The notes: generated by a model not told the origin, from the sequence alone. DNA of 64,000 bases from an uncultured Candidatus Saccharibacteria bacterium (GCA_964484005.1 CAZADR010000002.1:10318-74317); one strand, 5' to 3'; positions 35,386 to 45,925 are shown, counted from the first letter of the stretch. Numbers and translations are program-made.

Positions 35386-38112
35386 ATGAAATCTATTATA
35401 AAAGGCAGATTTTTATTATTAATTTTTGTTTTATCATTTTTATCATTATTTGGTTTCTCTAGTCAGGCTCAGGCATTGACCATGGCACCAGATTTTAGTG
35501 TGACTTCTTTTACTTTATCTGCAGATCAAAACACTATTACTTTTACAGCAGATGGAAATTCTGGATATTTATATTCTAGTTGTGGTGCTGATGTTTTAGA
35601 GCCTCATTATGAAGGTGGTCCTTATACTTATACTCCTTATGCTATGTCTAGCGGAACTATTTCTGCAGGTTCTGTCTCAGGGACAATATCTTCTGGGGAA
35701 ATTGCAAAGTTAACTAATGGACAAACGGGCACACCTTGCGATGACCCAGCCAGGTCTTCCCCAACAGGCAATGTTGTTCCCGGTACTCCAGGAACTTTTA
35801 CAGTAACAAACAAAACCCTTAATGTTTCTAGTTTGGCCAATGGTTCATACACTCTTTCTGTTTCACTTTGTGCGACTGCCGGAGTATGTAGTGTTGCTAC
35901 TAGGGCTTTTACTATAAATAATAGAGTAACTAGTTTTAATGTTACAGCAACTGCCGGTACTGGTGGTTCCGTTTCTTCTCCTTGTTCTGTGGCGAGCGGA
36001 AATACTTCCGCAACATGTAGTAATATTAATGCTTTGTCTGGGTATTCTTTAACTCAAGCTGTAGAATTTACTCCTTCTAATTGTGCCACTGGGGGCTCTT
36101 TTTCTGGAAATGCATATACTACAGGAAATGTTAATGTTAATAATTGTAATGTAAAATTTAACTTTGCTCCTGTAGGCACAGTTTCCGGCTATCATGACGG
36201 AGCTTCAGGCACAGTTGCTTCTACTTCCTGTAACGCAAATGGCTGGGCAGCTTTTTCAACACTACCAGGAACAGACTTAACAATAGGAATAATAAGTGAT
36301 GGGGTAGCAGTGTACTATGGTCCTGCTGGGGAGTATAGAGGAGACCTGACAGGACAGTGCACAAGTGGAACTTGTGCATATAATGTGGACTTGAGTAGTC
36401 GTATTTCTTCTGGAGTAAATCACTCAATCACTGTTCAAGCTCAAAATCCTAATACTTCGGCTTGGGTGACTCTAGGTGGAAGTCCAAAGACATTAAATTG
36501 TACAGCAGTACCTCCACCACCTTGTGGAAATGGTGCCAATAATCCTCCAACTTGTACTACCTGTACTTCACCCCTTGTTTGGAACGGTAGCTCGTGTGTA
36601 GCACCTTCAACCGATGCTTGTGGTACTTATAGCGGTATTACCCCTAGACTCACTGAACCAACCACAAATCCTACTGCATGTAACCCAGGCACATATGCAA
36701 ACTCTCCAGCGGACACCGCTACTCTCGGTGCTCAAGCTTGGAATTGGTCTTGTGGCACGGTCACTTCCTGTTCTGCTCCCAAATATGGCTGTAGAGTAAC
36801 GACTGACTCAAATTATAGTCTTCCTCAATATGGACCAACTGGACCAAACAACAATTATGGTTGCGCTGGTACTTGTGCAAACGGGGGAACAGATTATTCT
36901 ACCTGTACACCTCCAGTTGGTATGTCTGGAACCTTGACCACTCCTAGCTGTACGATTGCTTCCGGGTCCAGCACTTGTACCACGACTGTCTCTTGGACAG
37001 TAACTAATCCTGTAGTAGTCGGCGGCTCTTCAGTCACTTCTTCATATCCTAGTGCTGGTACAGTCGTCGCTCCTCCAGTCAGTACTGGAACTGCAGATTC
37101 AGGTACAAAAACAGGTGTAACTATTCCATATAGTTCCAGGACTTTCTATCTTTACAACAACAATGTTCAATTAAATACAGGCACAGCTAACGCTACCTGC
37201 GCTACAGGTTCAGCCTGGAACGGAACCATCTGTTATACAGCACCCGCTCTTCCTGATTTGACAGCCGCTTCTACTACTCCTTCTACTGCTGTAAAAAATG
37301 AAGCCAAAACTTTTTCTTCAATCGTTACAAACATTGGAGCTGCAGATACTGGTGCATCTTTCTCAAACTTCTTTCAAGTGTGTAATGTAGGAGGAGGATG
37401 TGCAACTCCAACAGATCTAGCTCCTACTACCATGACAGCTTTGGCTGGTGGAGCGACCGGTACGGCCACCAAAGATTACACCTTTACCTCTGTCGGAACA
37501 TTTTCTGTTCGAGCTTGTGCAGACAAGACAAACTCTGCTTCTCTTGGTGTAATTAACGAAGGGACCATGGAAGGCAACAACTGTGGAAATTGGGCTAATG
37601 TTACTGTTTCCGATACCCCAACTCCACCTTCCAATGAAGCCCCCGTCATCACCATCTGGGCTACTCCAACTTCTGGTACCGTGAATATTGTCAAACCTAC
37701 TATTCTCTGGAGTGTCGACAATGATCCGACATCTTGTGCGGCAAGTGAAGACTGGTTAGGTAGTCGAAATTACAGTGGAGCTCAAACTCAAGAACCAGCC
37801 TTAAATCAAATTAAAACTTACCGTTACACATTAATCTGCTCCAATGCTTATGGTAGTGATGAAGCTACTGCTACGGTCGCAGTGTCTGGAACTGCCTCTG
37901 GAGTAAGTATTAGTGTAAATCCTACCTCCATCTATGCTGGAGATTCAGCCACTCTCACTTGGTCAGGCGCAGGAGCTTGTACTTATAACTTTGATACTGG
38001 TTCTAATATTGTAACTCCAAATACGACCACTACTTACACTCTTACTTGTGATGGTGTATCTTCTAGTGCTACATTGATAGTGAAGAAGAAACCGATATTT
38101 ATTGAGGATTAG
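35386..38112 (+). CDS. Large secreted Cys/Thr/Ser/Gly-rich surface protein (paralog of 4518..7370)
   Basis: Signal peptide MKSIIKGRFLLLIFVLSFLSLFGFSSQAQA, divergent N-terminal ~450 aa, C-terminal ~460 aa identical to the paralog; extended -10 TGCTGTATAAT upstream. Confidence 0.7.
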   Translation: MKSIIKGRFLLLIFVLSFLSLFGFSSQAQALTMAPDFSVTSFTLSADQNTITFTADGNSGYLYSSCGADVLEPHYEGGPYTYTPYAMSSGTISAGSVSGTISSGEIAKLTNGQTGTPCDDPARSSPTGNVVPGTPGTFTVTNKTLNVSSLANGSYTLSVSLCATAGVCSVATRAFTINNRVTSFNVTATAGTGGSVSSPCSVASGNTSATCSNINALSGYSLTQAVEFTPSNCATGGSFSGNAYTTGNVNVNNCNVKFNFAPVGTVSGYHDGASGTVASTSCNANGWAAFSTLPGTDLTIGIISDGVAVYYGPAGEYRGDLTGQCTSGTCAYNVDLSSRISSGVNHSITVQAQNPNTSAWVTLGGSPKTLNCTAVPPPPCGNGANNPPTCTTCTSPLVWNGSSCVAPSTDACGTYSGITPRLTEPTTNPTACNPGTYANSPADTATLGAQAWNWSCGTVTSCSAPKYGCRVTTDSNYSLPQYGPTGPNNNYGCAGTCANGGTDYSTCTPPVGMSGTLTTPSCTIASGSSTCTTTVSWTVTNPVVVGGSSVTSSYPSAGTVVAPPVSTGTADSGTKTGVTIPYSSRTFYLYNNNVQLNTGTANATCATGSAWNGTICYTAPALPDLTAASTTPSTAVKNEAKTFSSIVTNIGAADTGASFSNFFQVCNVGGGCATPTDLAPTTMTALAGGATGTATKDYTFTSVGTFSVRACADKTNSASLGVINEGTMEGNNCGNWANVTVSDTPTPPSNEAPVITIWATPTSGTVNIVKPTILWSVDNDPTSCAASEDWLGSRNYSGAQTQEPALNQIKTYRYTLICSNAYGSDEATATVAVSGTASGVSISVNPTSIYAGDSATLTWSGAGACTYNFDTGSNIVTPNTTTTYTLTCDGVSSSATLIVKKKPIFIED

Positions 38113-38120
38113 AAGTAAAT
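36730..38120. repeat. 1.39-kb segment identical to 5988..7378
   Basis: See 5988..7378; identity stops immediately after the shared stop codon. Confidence 0.85.
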
Positions 38121-38190
38121 AAAAAAAGTTTTTACAAAAAATCCCCACCACAATTAACATTGGTGGGGATTTTTTGGTATACTATATGTA

Positions 38191-39951
38191 ATGCAAATAA
38201 ACGAAGAACAGCTAAAGAAGTCTATTTTAGAATCTGGTCTCGTCTCTAAAACAGATTTTGAAGAAGCGCTAAAAAAAGCTGAAGAAAAAAAACAAAAAGT
38301 TGGAAATATTTTAATTTCTGAAGGAAAAATATCAGAAACAGACCTAAAACAAATGGAAGCTTTTGTTTTGGGTATTCCTTTCATTAATCTAAATAATGAA
38401 AAGATAGATGCCGCTGTTCTTTCATTGATTCCTGAGCCAATCGCCCGAAATGACAATATTGTCGCTTACAAAAAGACAGACAACAGTCTAGAAGTGGCAA
38501 TGCTCGATGTGGATGATTTGCCAGTTATTGATTTTATAAAAAAACGTTCTGGTTTAAAAATTTTACCTCGTTTGACAGATACTTCTTCCATCAAATCTGT
38601 GCTCGTCCAATATCGCCAGAGCCTAAAGGCGGAATTTCAAGATATCATTAAAAAAGAATCCGATTCGTTGGGGGATTCAATCGACGAAGAGGGAGATAAG
38701 CCTCACGAAAAATCGGAAAATGAATTGAAAGAAATGGCAGAAGATTTGCCAGTGGTAAAGATAGTAGATTCTCTTGTCTTTCATGCTATTTTACAAAATG
38801 CTTCAGACATCCATATCGAGCCAGGGGAGAAAAACCTCACCGTGCGTTACCGTATCGACGGTATCTTGCACGATGCGATGGTGCTCGATAAAAATGCTGG
38901 TCTTGGTATCACTGCGCGTATAAAAGTTTTGACCAATTTAAAACTTGATGAAAAAAGATTGCCCCAAGATGGTAGATTTAAAATAGAACAAAATGGAGAA
39001 AAGATTTCTTTTCGTGTTTCCACCTTGCCTACTTTCTTTGGAGAAAAAACAGTTATCAGAATCTTGAAAGAAAATTCTCACGGTTTTTCTTTGGAGACCC
39101 TTGGTTTTCACGGAGAAGGACTTGAGCTTATACATAACTCAATGAAATTAAAAACAGGTATGGTGCTTGCTACTGGTCCGACTGGAAGTGGAAAGACAAC
39201 GACCCTTTATACCATGTTAGATATTTTAAATAGACCTGAAGTAAATATTTCTACCGTTGAAGATCCGATAGAATATCAAATGCCGAGAGTAAACCAGACT
39301 CAAGTTAAACCAGAAATTGGATTAACTTTTGCCAATGGACTTCGTTCTCTCCTCCGACAAGATCCAGATATCGTGATGGTGGGGGAGATTCGTGACGGAG
39401 AGACGGCAGGTCTCGCCATTAATGCTTCTCTCACAGGGCACTTGGTATTGTCTACTATCCATACCAACTCAGCCGCAGGTGCCATCCCTAGACTTATAGA
39501 TATGGGAGTAGAGCCTTTTCTTATTACCGCTACCGTCAAGACAATCATTGCCCAGAGGCTCGTTCGTCGTCTTACTGAAAAAAAAGAAAAATATTTTTTA
39601 TCATCAGCTGAGATAAAAAATCTTGGAAAAATTGTAGACATAGACAGAGTGCTTACTTTCTTAAAAACAGAAAAAATAATATCAGATGACAGTACAATTG
39701 AAAAAATTCCGTTTTATAAAGCGATAAAAAATGGTGAATTTGAAGATGGGTATTCCGGTCGCATAGGTATGCATGAAGTATTAAAGGTAACATCATCTAT
39801 TAGAGAAATGATTTTAAAAGGAAGTTCTCAGGACGAGGTAGAGGCACAGGCTAAAAAAGAAGGGATGCTCACCATGCTCGAAGATGGAGTATTTCAATCC
39901 GTTTTAGGGGTGACGACACTAGAAGAAGTGTTTCGTGTGGTTTCTGAATAA
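38191..39951 (+). CDS. pilB: Type IV pilus assembly ATPase PilB / GspE family
   Basis: GspE N-terminal domain, Walker A GPTGSGKTTTLYTML, Asp box and His box regions; 586 aa. Confidence 0.85.
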   Translation: MQINEEQLKKSILESGLVSKTDFEEALKKAEEKKQKVGNILISEGKISETDLKQMEAFVLGIPFINLNNEKIDAAVLSLIPEPIARNDNIVAYKKTDNSLEVAMLDVDDLPVIDFIKKRSGLKILPRLTDTSSIKSVLVQYRQSLKAEFQDIIKKESDSLGDSIDEEGDKPHEKSENELKEMAEDLPVVKIVDSLVFHAILQNASDIHIEPGEKNLTVRYRIDGILHDAMVLDKNAGLGITARIKVLTNLKLDEKRLPQDGRFKIEQNGEKISFRVSTLPTFFGEKTVIRILKENSHGFSLETLGFHGEGLELIHNSMKLKTGMVLATGPTGSGKTTTLYTMLDILNRPEVNISTVEDPIEYQMPRVNQTQVKPEIGLTFANGLRSLLRQDPDIVMVGEIRDGETAGLAINASLTGHLVLSTIHTNSAAGAIPRLIDMGVEPFLITATVKTIIAQRLVRRLTEKKEKYFLSSAEIKNLGKIVDIDRVLTFLKTEKIISDDSTIEKIPFYKAIKNGEFEDGYSGRIGMHEVLKVTSSIREMILKGSSQDEVEAQAKKEGMLTMLEDGVFQSVLGVTTLEEVFRVVSE

Positions 39952-39958
39952 AATTAAT

Positions 39959-41179
39959 ATGCTTTTTTTATACAAAGCAAAATCAAAAACAGGAGAGATA
40001 ACTGAGGGGGAGCAAGAATCCCTTGATCGTTTTTCTTTAAATAAAGATCTCAAATCTCGTGGATTTACTCCTTTGTCGATTGTTGAAAAAAATAAAACTT
40101 TTGGTGGTAATTTTTCTATAAATTTTTCTAATATTTTTTCAAAAGTAAAGATTTCTGAACAAATTATTTTTACTAAAAATTTGAGCGGAATGATAAAAGC
40201 AGGTCTTTCCCTCAGTCGCGCTTTGTCAGTTTTGAGAAAACAAACAAAAAACCAGAAACTAAATGATATATTTTTATCTATTTCAAATGACATAAATGCA
40301 GGGGCGACTTTTTCTTCTGCTTTAGCAAAGTTTCCCGAAGTTTTTTCCAAATTATTTATATCGATGGTCAGAGCTGGTGAAGAGTCTGGAAATCTAGCTG
40401 GTTCCTTGTCTGATATAGCTTTAAACTTAGAAAAAGCAAACTCTTTAACAAAAAAAATAAAAGGAGCACTCATCTATCCAGGGGTCATAATGTCTGCTAT
40501 GGTGGTCATCGGAGTTTTGATGTTTGCTTTTGTGGTTCCTACCTTGGCAAATACTTTCAAAGAGCTCGGTGTCACACTGCCTCTCTCTACCAGAGCCCTT
40601 ATCTTTTTCGGTAACTTTTTTTCCAATCATCTCATTTTGACTTTTGCGATTATCTTATCTATTGCCTTTGGTTTCTTTATGCTTTTTCGTTCAAAATTTA
40701 TGGCAAAATATATCGATTTTGTACTTATGAAAATTCCAGTTATCGGAACCATGGCGAGAGAGTTAAATACTGCTCGTACAGCGAGAACCATCTCATCTCT
40801 TTTGTTGTCTGGGGTTTCTATTACTCGTGCAGTGGAAATCACCGAGGATGTCGTACAAAATATTTACTATAAAAAAGTTTTAAAGGAAGCTAGAATAGCG
40901 ATAGAAAAAGGAGCTCCGTTTTCTGAAGCTTTTGAGAAAAATACCAATCTTTACCCAGTGATGATGTCTGAGATGGTTCAGGTTGGAGAGGAGACAGGGA
41001 AACTTTCCGACATGTTGCTCCAAATTGCTCTTTTTTACGAAGAGGAAATTGAAAATAAAACAAGAAATCTTTCGACCATTATCGAACCAATATTGATGAT
41101 ATTTATTGGTTCAGGTGTTGGGTTTTTTGCCATCTCCATGATTTCTCCACTTTATTCAATATTAGGAAGCATTGGTTAA
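39959..41179 (+). CDS. pilC: Type IV pilus platform protein PilC / GspF family
   Basis: Two GspF repeats and polytopic membrane segments; the start is taken at the ATG at 39959, just after the pilB stop. Confidence 0.8.
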   Translation: MLFLYKAKSKTGEITEGEQESLDRFSLNKDLKSRGFTPLSIVEKNKTFGGNFSINFSNIFSKVKISEQIIFTKNLSGMIKAGLSLSRALSVLRKQTKNQKLNDIFLSISNDINAGATFSSALAKFPEVFSKLFISMVRAGEESGNLAGSLSDIALNLEKANSLTKKIKGALIYPGVIMSAMVVIGVLMFAFVVPTLANTFKELGVTLPLSTRALIFFGNFFSNHLILTFAIILSIAFGFFMLFRSKFMAKYIDFVLMKIPVIGTMARELNTARTARTISSLLLSGVSITRAVEITEDVVQNIYYKKVLKEARIAIEKGAPFSEAFEKNTNLYPVMMSEMVQVGEETGKLSDMLLQIALFYEEEIENKTRNLSTIIEPILMIFIGSGVGFFAISMISPLYSILGSIG

Positions 41180-41181
41180 TA

Positions 41182-41649
41182 ATGAAAAATTTTTATCAAA
41201 AAGGAATAACTATTTTTGAATTATTGATAGTTTTTGCTATTTTAGGAGCCATCTTAGCTGTTACTATTCCACAATTTTCAAAAATTAGAGAATTACAAGT
41301 TGTAAAATCAGCCGTGCAAGAGGTTTTGTCATCTATTGATAGGGCTAGGTCAGACTCTCTTTCTTCCTTAGATTCTTCCGAATATGGTGTGCATTTAGAG
41401 TCCGATAAGATTATAATTTTTAAAGGAATGATTTTTTCTGAAGGAGCAGGCGATAATGAAATCATAAGTATCACTTCTCCCGCGACAGTCTCCAATGTTA
41501 CTTTTGGTGGGGTCAGCGCTTCTTCTGGAGATGTTTATTTCAATCGTCTTTCGGGTTCACCTAGCAAGACAGGAACTATCACTATTTCTTCTCCAAATTA
41601 TTCAAAAATAATAACAATCTTAGCTACGGGTGTCGCAAGTGTGAATTAA
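41182..41649 (+). CDS. Prepilin-type (type IV pilin / pseudopilin) protein
   Basis: N-terminus MKNFYQKG|ITIFELLIVFAIL has a class III signal with Gly at -1 and Glu at +5. Confidence 0.7.
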   Translation: MKNFYQKGITIFELLIVFAILGAILAVTIPQFSKIRELQVVKSAVQEVLSSIDRARSDSLSSLDSSEYGVHLESDKIIIFKGMIFSEGAGDNEIISITSPATVSNVTFGGVSASSGDVYFNRLSGSPSKTGTITISSPNYSKIITILATGVASVN

Positions 41650-41652
41650 ATT

Positions 41653-42189
41653 ATGAGATTTTTTCTAAAAAATAAAAAAAGTGGCTTTACCCCCACACCT
41701 TTTGGAAAAAAAGGTGTGAGCCTACAAAGTAGGCGGGGGTTTATGGCAGTTGAGATATTGGTGGCTGTGTCAATCATCACAGCTTCTGTTTTAGCCATGA
41801 TGGCAGTCTCTCAAAAATCAGTTTTTATTTCTAGGCAGTCTTTTCATTCTGCACAAGCAGCATTCTTGTTAGAAGAGGGAGCAGAGGCAATCAGAATATT
41901 TAGAGATGATGCATGGACCAATATTTCTAGTCTTACTCCATCCACAGATTATTATCCAACTTTTTCTGGTGGGACATGGGTTTTGAGTAGTACACCAAAC
42001 ACAGTTGGTATTTTTACTCGTACTGTCAGTATCGCCAGCGTAAATCGCGACGATACCTCAAAAGATATTTCAGAAGTGGGCACAGATGATATAGACACTA
42101 AGCTGATCACTGTTACAGTATCTTGGCCGGAGGGAGGGGTGACGGTCACTAAAACATTACAGTTTTACATAATGAATATTTTCTCATAA
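41653..42189 (+). CDS. Prepilin-type protein with unusually long leader
   Basis: ...SRRG|FMAVEILVAVSII: G at -1, E at +5, preceded by about 28 residues; the real start may be a downstream codon. Confidence 0.55.
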   Translation: MRFFLKNKKSGFTPTPFGKKGVSLQSRRGFMAVEILVAVSIITASVLAMMAVSQKSVFISRQSFHSAQAAFLLEEGAEAIRIFRDDAWTNISSLTPSTDYYPTFSGGTWVLSSTPNTVGIFTRTVSIASVNRDDTSKDISEVGTDDIDTKLITVTVSWPEGGVTVTKTLQFYIMNIFS

Positions 42190-42193
42190 GAAT

Positions 42194-42700
42194 ATGAAAA
42201 AATTTTTTAAAAACAAAAAAAGAAAACAGGGCTACGCCATCTTAGAACTTCTTTTTTATATTACACTTTTTTCTATCCTTTCATTTGTATTAATCAATGC
42301 AATGATAATAATGTCTAAATCTTTTAAACAAACTGTTATCCAGACCGAGTTGATGCAGACGGGAAATCTTCTAGAAAGAATAAGTAGAGAGATAAGGGGG
42401 GCTTATGGAATAAACACTATCAGTGTAAATAGTTTGATATTGAATACCAAAGATGATGCTGATGTAAATAAAACAGTACAGTTTTTAATTTCAGGTTCAG
42501 ATTTGCAATTTTTAGAAAATGGAGTTTTGGTGGGCAACTTAAATACGCCAGATTTGCAGGTTATCGCACTTTCTTTTACGGATATAACCACCGCACAGGG
42601 CAAAGCAATCAAGGTATTTTTAACTGTAAAATCTGTAAATGATACTTCGGGTCGCACAGAAGATTTCTATAACACAGTTGTATTGCGGGGTGGTTATTAA
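42194..42700 (+). CDS. Prepilin-type protein
   Basis: MKKFFKNKKRKQG|YAILELLFYITLF has a prepilin cleavage motif with Glu at +5. Confidence 0.65.
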   Translation: MKKFFKNKKRKQGYAILELLFYITLFSILSFVLINAMIIMSKSFKQTVIQTELMQTGNLLERISREIRGAYGINTISVNSLILNTKDDADVNKTVQFLISGSDLQFLENGVLVGNLNTPDLQVIALSFTDITTAQGKAIKVFLTVKSVNDTSGRTEDFYNTVVLRGGY

Positions 42701-42714
42701 ATTATATTTTATAA

Positions 42715-43977
42715 ATGAAAAAACAAAAAGAAAGAAAAATAAATAAACAAAAAGGAGCAGCTATGTTGATATCAGTAGTATTTTTTCTTTTTATTTCTCT
42801 GGCGATAGTTTCTGGACTCGTTTCTCCGGCGGTGAGAGAATTTAAAATTTCGAGTGACTTGATAAGGTCTCGCCAAAGCTTGTTTTTATCTGAGTCAGGA
42901 ATAGAGGATGCATATTTTAGATTAAAAACAGCGAAACCAATCGCTTCTATTACTTATTTAACCCTTGGAGGAAATACTGCCACTACTACCATAACTGACT
43001 CTGGTTATAATGAAAAAACAATCAATACATTAGGAGATGTTTCTTCTAGGCAAAGAGTAAATAAAGTAGTGCTTTCTACTGGTACAGGAGTTTCTTTTAG
43101 TTATGGGGTGCAGGCGGGACTCGGGGGTTTTACTATTGGTAATGCGACAATAAATGGAAATGTTTATTCAAATGGAACAATAGAAGGGGCGAATGGCGCG
43201 ATCATAACTGGCTCTGCTTTTTCTGCAGGAGCTTCTGGGCTTATAGATAATATCGATGTCGGCCAGTCGGGAACAGGAGATGCCAGAGCCCACGTTGTTA
43301 CAAATTCTAACATTACAGGCAATCTATATTGTCAAAGTGGAACAGGGAACAATAAAGCATGTGACACATCACAAGCAGATCCTGCCACCACCAGTATGCC
43401 GATTACGGAAGCCATGTTTGATAAATGGAAAGCCGACGCAGAATTGGGTGGAATTATAACTGGAGATTTGACCATATCAACACCTTCGATTCTCGGTCCT
43501 AAAAAAATTACAGGCAATTTAGCCATAAATAGTGACGTTGTTATTTCTGGTACTCTTTATGTAGTAGGAAACATCACTACAAACAATGGAGCCCAGGTTT
43601 CTTTGGATAGTTCTTATGGCCCTACAGGCGGTATCATAGTGACCGATGGGCGTGTCACTCTTTCTAATAATGTAAATTTTGCTGGTTCTGGAAGTGAGGG
43701 TTCTTATGTTCTGTTAGCTACGACGAGCCCTTGTCCATCTGGATGCTCTGGTTTAAATGCTTTGGAGATTTTAAATAATGTGGGGGCCATCCTAGTAAGT
43801 GCGCAATACGGCACAGTGCACTTGAACAACAATGTTGCCTTAAATGAAGTGGTAGGTAATAGAATAATTGTAGATAACAGTGCTGAAGTTACCTATGTTT
43901 CTGGTTTGGCTAGCACTCTTTTTACCTCTGGGCCTTCTGGTGGATGGAGCATAAAGTCTTGGAAAGAGGTCAAATGA
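42715..43977 (+). CDS. Membrane-anchored Gly/Thr/Asn-rich protein, probable pilus-associated component
   Basis: N-terminal TM helix then repetitive G/T/N/S-rich sequence suggestive of beta-helix; last gene of the pilus cluster. Confidence 0.4.
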   Translation: MKKQKERKINKQKGAAMLISVVFFLFISLAIVSGLVSPAVREFKISSDLIRSRQSLFLSESGIEDAYFRLKTAKPIASITYLTLGGNTATTTITDSGYNEKTINTLGDVSSRQRVNKVVLSTGTGVSFSYGVQAGLGGFTIGNATINGNVYSNGTIEGANGAIITGSAFSAGASGLIDNIDVGQSGTGDARAHVVTNSNITGNLYCQSGTGNNKACDTSQADPATTSMPITEAMFDKWKADAELGGIITGDLTISTPSILGPKKITGNLAINSDVVISGTLYVVGNITTNNGAQVSLDSSYGPTGGIIVTDGRVTLSNNVNFAGSGSEGSYVLLATTSPCPSGCSGLNALEILNNVGAILVSAQYGTVHLNNNVALNEVVGNRIIVDNSAEVTYVSGLASTLFTSGPSGGWSIKSWKEVK

Positions 43978-43998
43978 GTTGTGTTATACTGAATTGAT

Positions 43999-44766
43999 AT
44001 GCAAAAGAAGAAAATAATAATCGGAAATTGGAAAATGAATCCGCTTACATTAAAAGAGGCGGAAAAATTATTTATTAATATAGCAAAAAATATTTCTGCT
44101 ATTAAAAAAACAGAAATTGTAATTTGTCCTCCTTTTTTGTATTTAGAAAAACTAAAAAAATTATCTAAGAAAATAATACTAGGAGCTCAGGATGGATTTT
44201 GGGGAGATGTGGGTGCTTTTACTGGAGAAGTTTCAAGTTCAATGCTTTACGAGGTGGGAGCTAGGTATGTGATATTGGGGCATTCAGAAAGGCGAGCTCT
44301 CGGAGAAAATAACGAGGTTATCAATAAAAAAATAAAGTCTTCTCTCGGAGTAGGCCTTCGTCCTGTTTTATGTGTGGGTGAAAATGTTCGAGATGCTGAC
44401 CATGGTTATTTTAATTTTGTTAAAACTCAACTAGAAGAATGCTTGGCGGGTATTCAAAGAGCTAGTATTTCAAAAATAATAATTGCGTATGAACCAGTCT
44501 GGGCTATCTCTACTACCAAAGACCGCAAAGATGCGACTCCCGAGGATTCAAAAGAAATGGTTATTTTTATTCGTAAAGTTCTTTCAGATAAATTTGGGCC
44601 TGAAGTTTCTAATATGAGAATAATATATGGAGGTTCTGTAAATACAAAAGACGCTCTTGGTTTTTTGAAAGAAGGAGGTGTAGATGGTTTGCTTCCAGGT
44701 CGTAGCTCTTTAGATGCAAAAAAGTTTTCAGAAATTGTAAAAATATGCGAAACATTAAATCAGTAA
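43999..44766 (+). CDS. tpiA: Triosephosphate isomerase
   Basis: IIGNWKMN, GHSERR, AYEPVWAIST motifs. Confidence 0.9.
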   Translation: MQKKKIIIGNWKMNPLTLKEAEKLFINIAKNISAIKKTEIVICPPFLYLEKLKKLSKKIILGAQDGFWGDVGAFTGEVSSSMLYEVGARYVILGHSERRALGENNEVINKKIKSSLGVGLRPVLCVGENVRDADHGYFNFVKTQLEECLAGIQRASISKIIIAYEPVWAISTTKDRKDATPEDSKEMVIFIRKVLSDKFGPEVSNMRIIYGGSVNTKDALGFLKEGGVDGLLPGRSSLDAKKFSEIVKICETLNQ

Positions 44767-45821
44767 CATCTATTAGTAAAAACTTAAAAGGTAAGACGGT
44801 GTTAGTTCGGGTAGATTTTAATGTTCCTATTAAAAATGGAAAGGTGGAGGATGATTTTAGGATAGTTAAAGCATTGCCGACTATTAATTTTCTACAAAAA
44901 AAGGGTGCAAAAATAATCTTATTTACTCATTTAGGTGAAGATGGTAGTGCTAGTCTGGAACCTGTAATAAAACACTTTTTTAGAATTTCAAAGTTATCAA
45001 AAAAAGATGTATCTTTTTTTGATAATATAAGAAAGTTTGGAGGAGAAATGAAAGATGATCAAGCTTTTGCAAAAAAGATTGCAAAAATGGGAGATTTTTA
45101 TGTGAACGAAGGATTTTCAGTTTCTCACAGGAAACATGCTTCGATAATCTCTGTTCCCAAATACTTGCCTAGTTTTGCTGGTTTTCAATTTGAAAAAGAA
45201 ATAAAAAATTTGTCTCATGCCTTAAATAAAACTCAACATCCATTTTTATTTATTTTGGGAGGCATAAAGTTTTCTACTAAGATGCCTTTAATTAAAAAAT
45301 ATTTAAAATTAGCAGACAGTGTTTTTGTCGGAGGAGCCTTGGCAAACGATTTTCTAAAAGCCAAGGGTTTTGAAGTCGGTAAATCTGTTTTGAGTATTGA
45401 GAATTACAACTTAAAAGAGATTATAAAAAATAAAAAATTAATATTACCTGATGATGTATTTGTAAAATCTGGCAATAGGTTGATAAACAGAAAAGTAAAT
45501 GAGATAGAAAAAAATGAAGAAATTTTAGATGTTGGAAATAAAACTGTAAAAAGATTGATATCTTTAATATCAAAATCAAAAATTATTCTTTGGAATGGAC
45601 CACTGGGTAAATACGAGGCTGGTGGAGCAGTTTCTACTAAAAAAATATTAAAGACGATTGCTTCTGCGAGAGTAGAAAGTATAATCGGCGGGGGAGACAC
45701 GGTGGCTATGATTTCTAAAATGAAGATGGAAAAAAAGTTTTCTTTTGTTTCTACTGGTGGTGGAGCTACCTTGGACTTTCTGGTTGATGGCACTCTTCCA
45801 GGCATTAAAGCTTTGGAATAG
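44745..45821 (+). CDS. pgk: Phosphoglycerate kinase
   Basis: RVDFNVP N-terminal motif, GGGDT and GGGA motifs near the C-terminus; 358 aa. Confidence 0.85.
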   Translation: MRNIKSVTSISKNLKGKTVLVRVDFNVPIKNGKVEDDFRIVKALPTINFLQKKGAKIILFTHLGEDGSASLEPVIKHFFRISKLSKKDVSFFDNIRKFGGEMKDDQAFAKKIAKMGDFYVNEGFSVSHRKHASIISVPKYLPSFAGFQFEKEIKNLSHALNKTQHPFLFILGGIKFSTKMPLIKKYLKLADSVFVGGALANDFLKAKGFEVGKSVLSIENYNLKEIIKNKKLILPDDVFVKSGNRLINRKVNEIEKNEEILDVGNKTVKRLISLISKSKIILWNGPLGKYEAGGAVSTKKILKTIASARVESIIGGGDTVAMISKMKMEKKFSFVSTGGGATLDFLVDGTLPGIKALE

Positions 45822-45925
45822 TTTTATTTTTTAATCTTTTTGACACAAATACATTTTTAATGTATGGTGTGGTGGGTTAACTGTTCACCAAAATACCAAC
45901 TGCGAAAACCGAAAGGAGAAAACGC

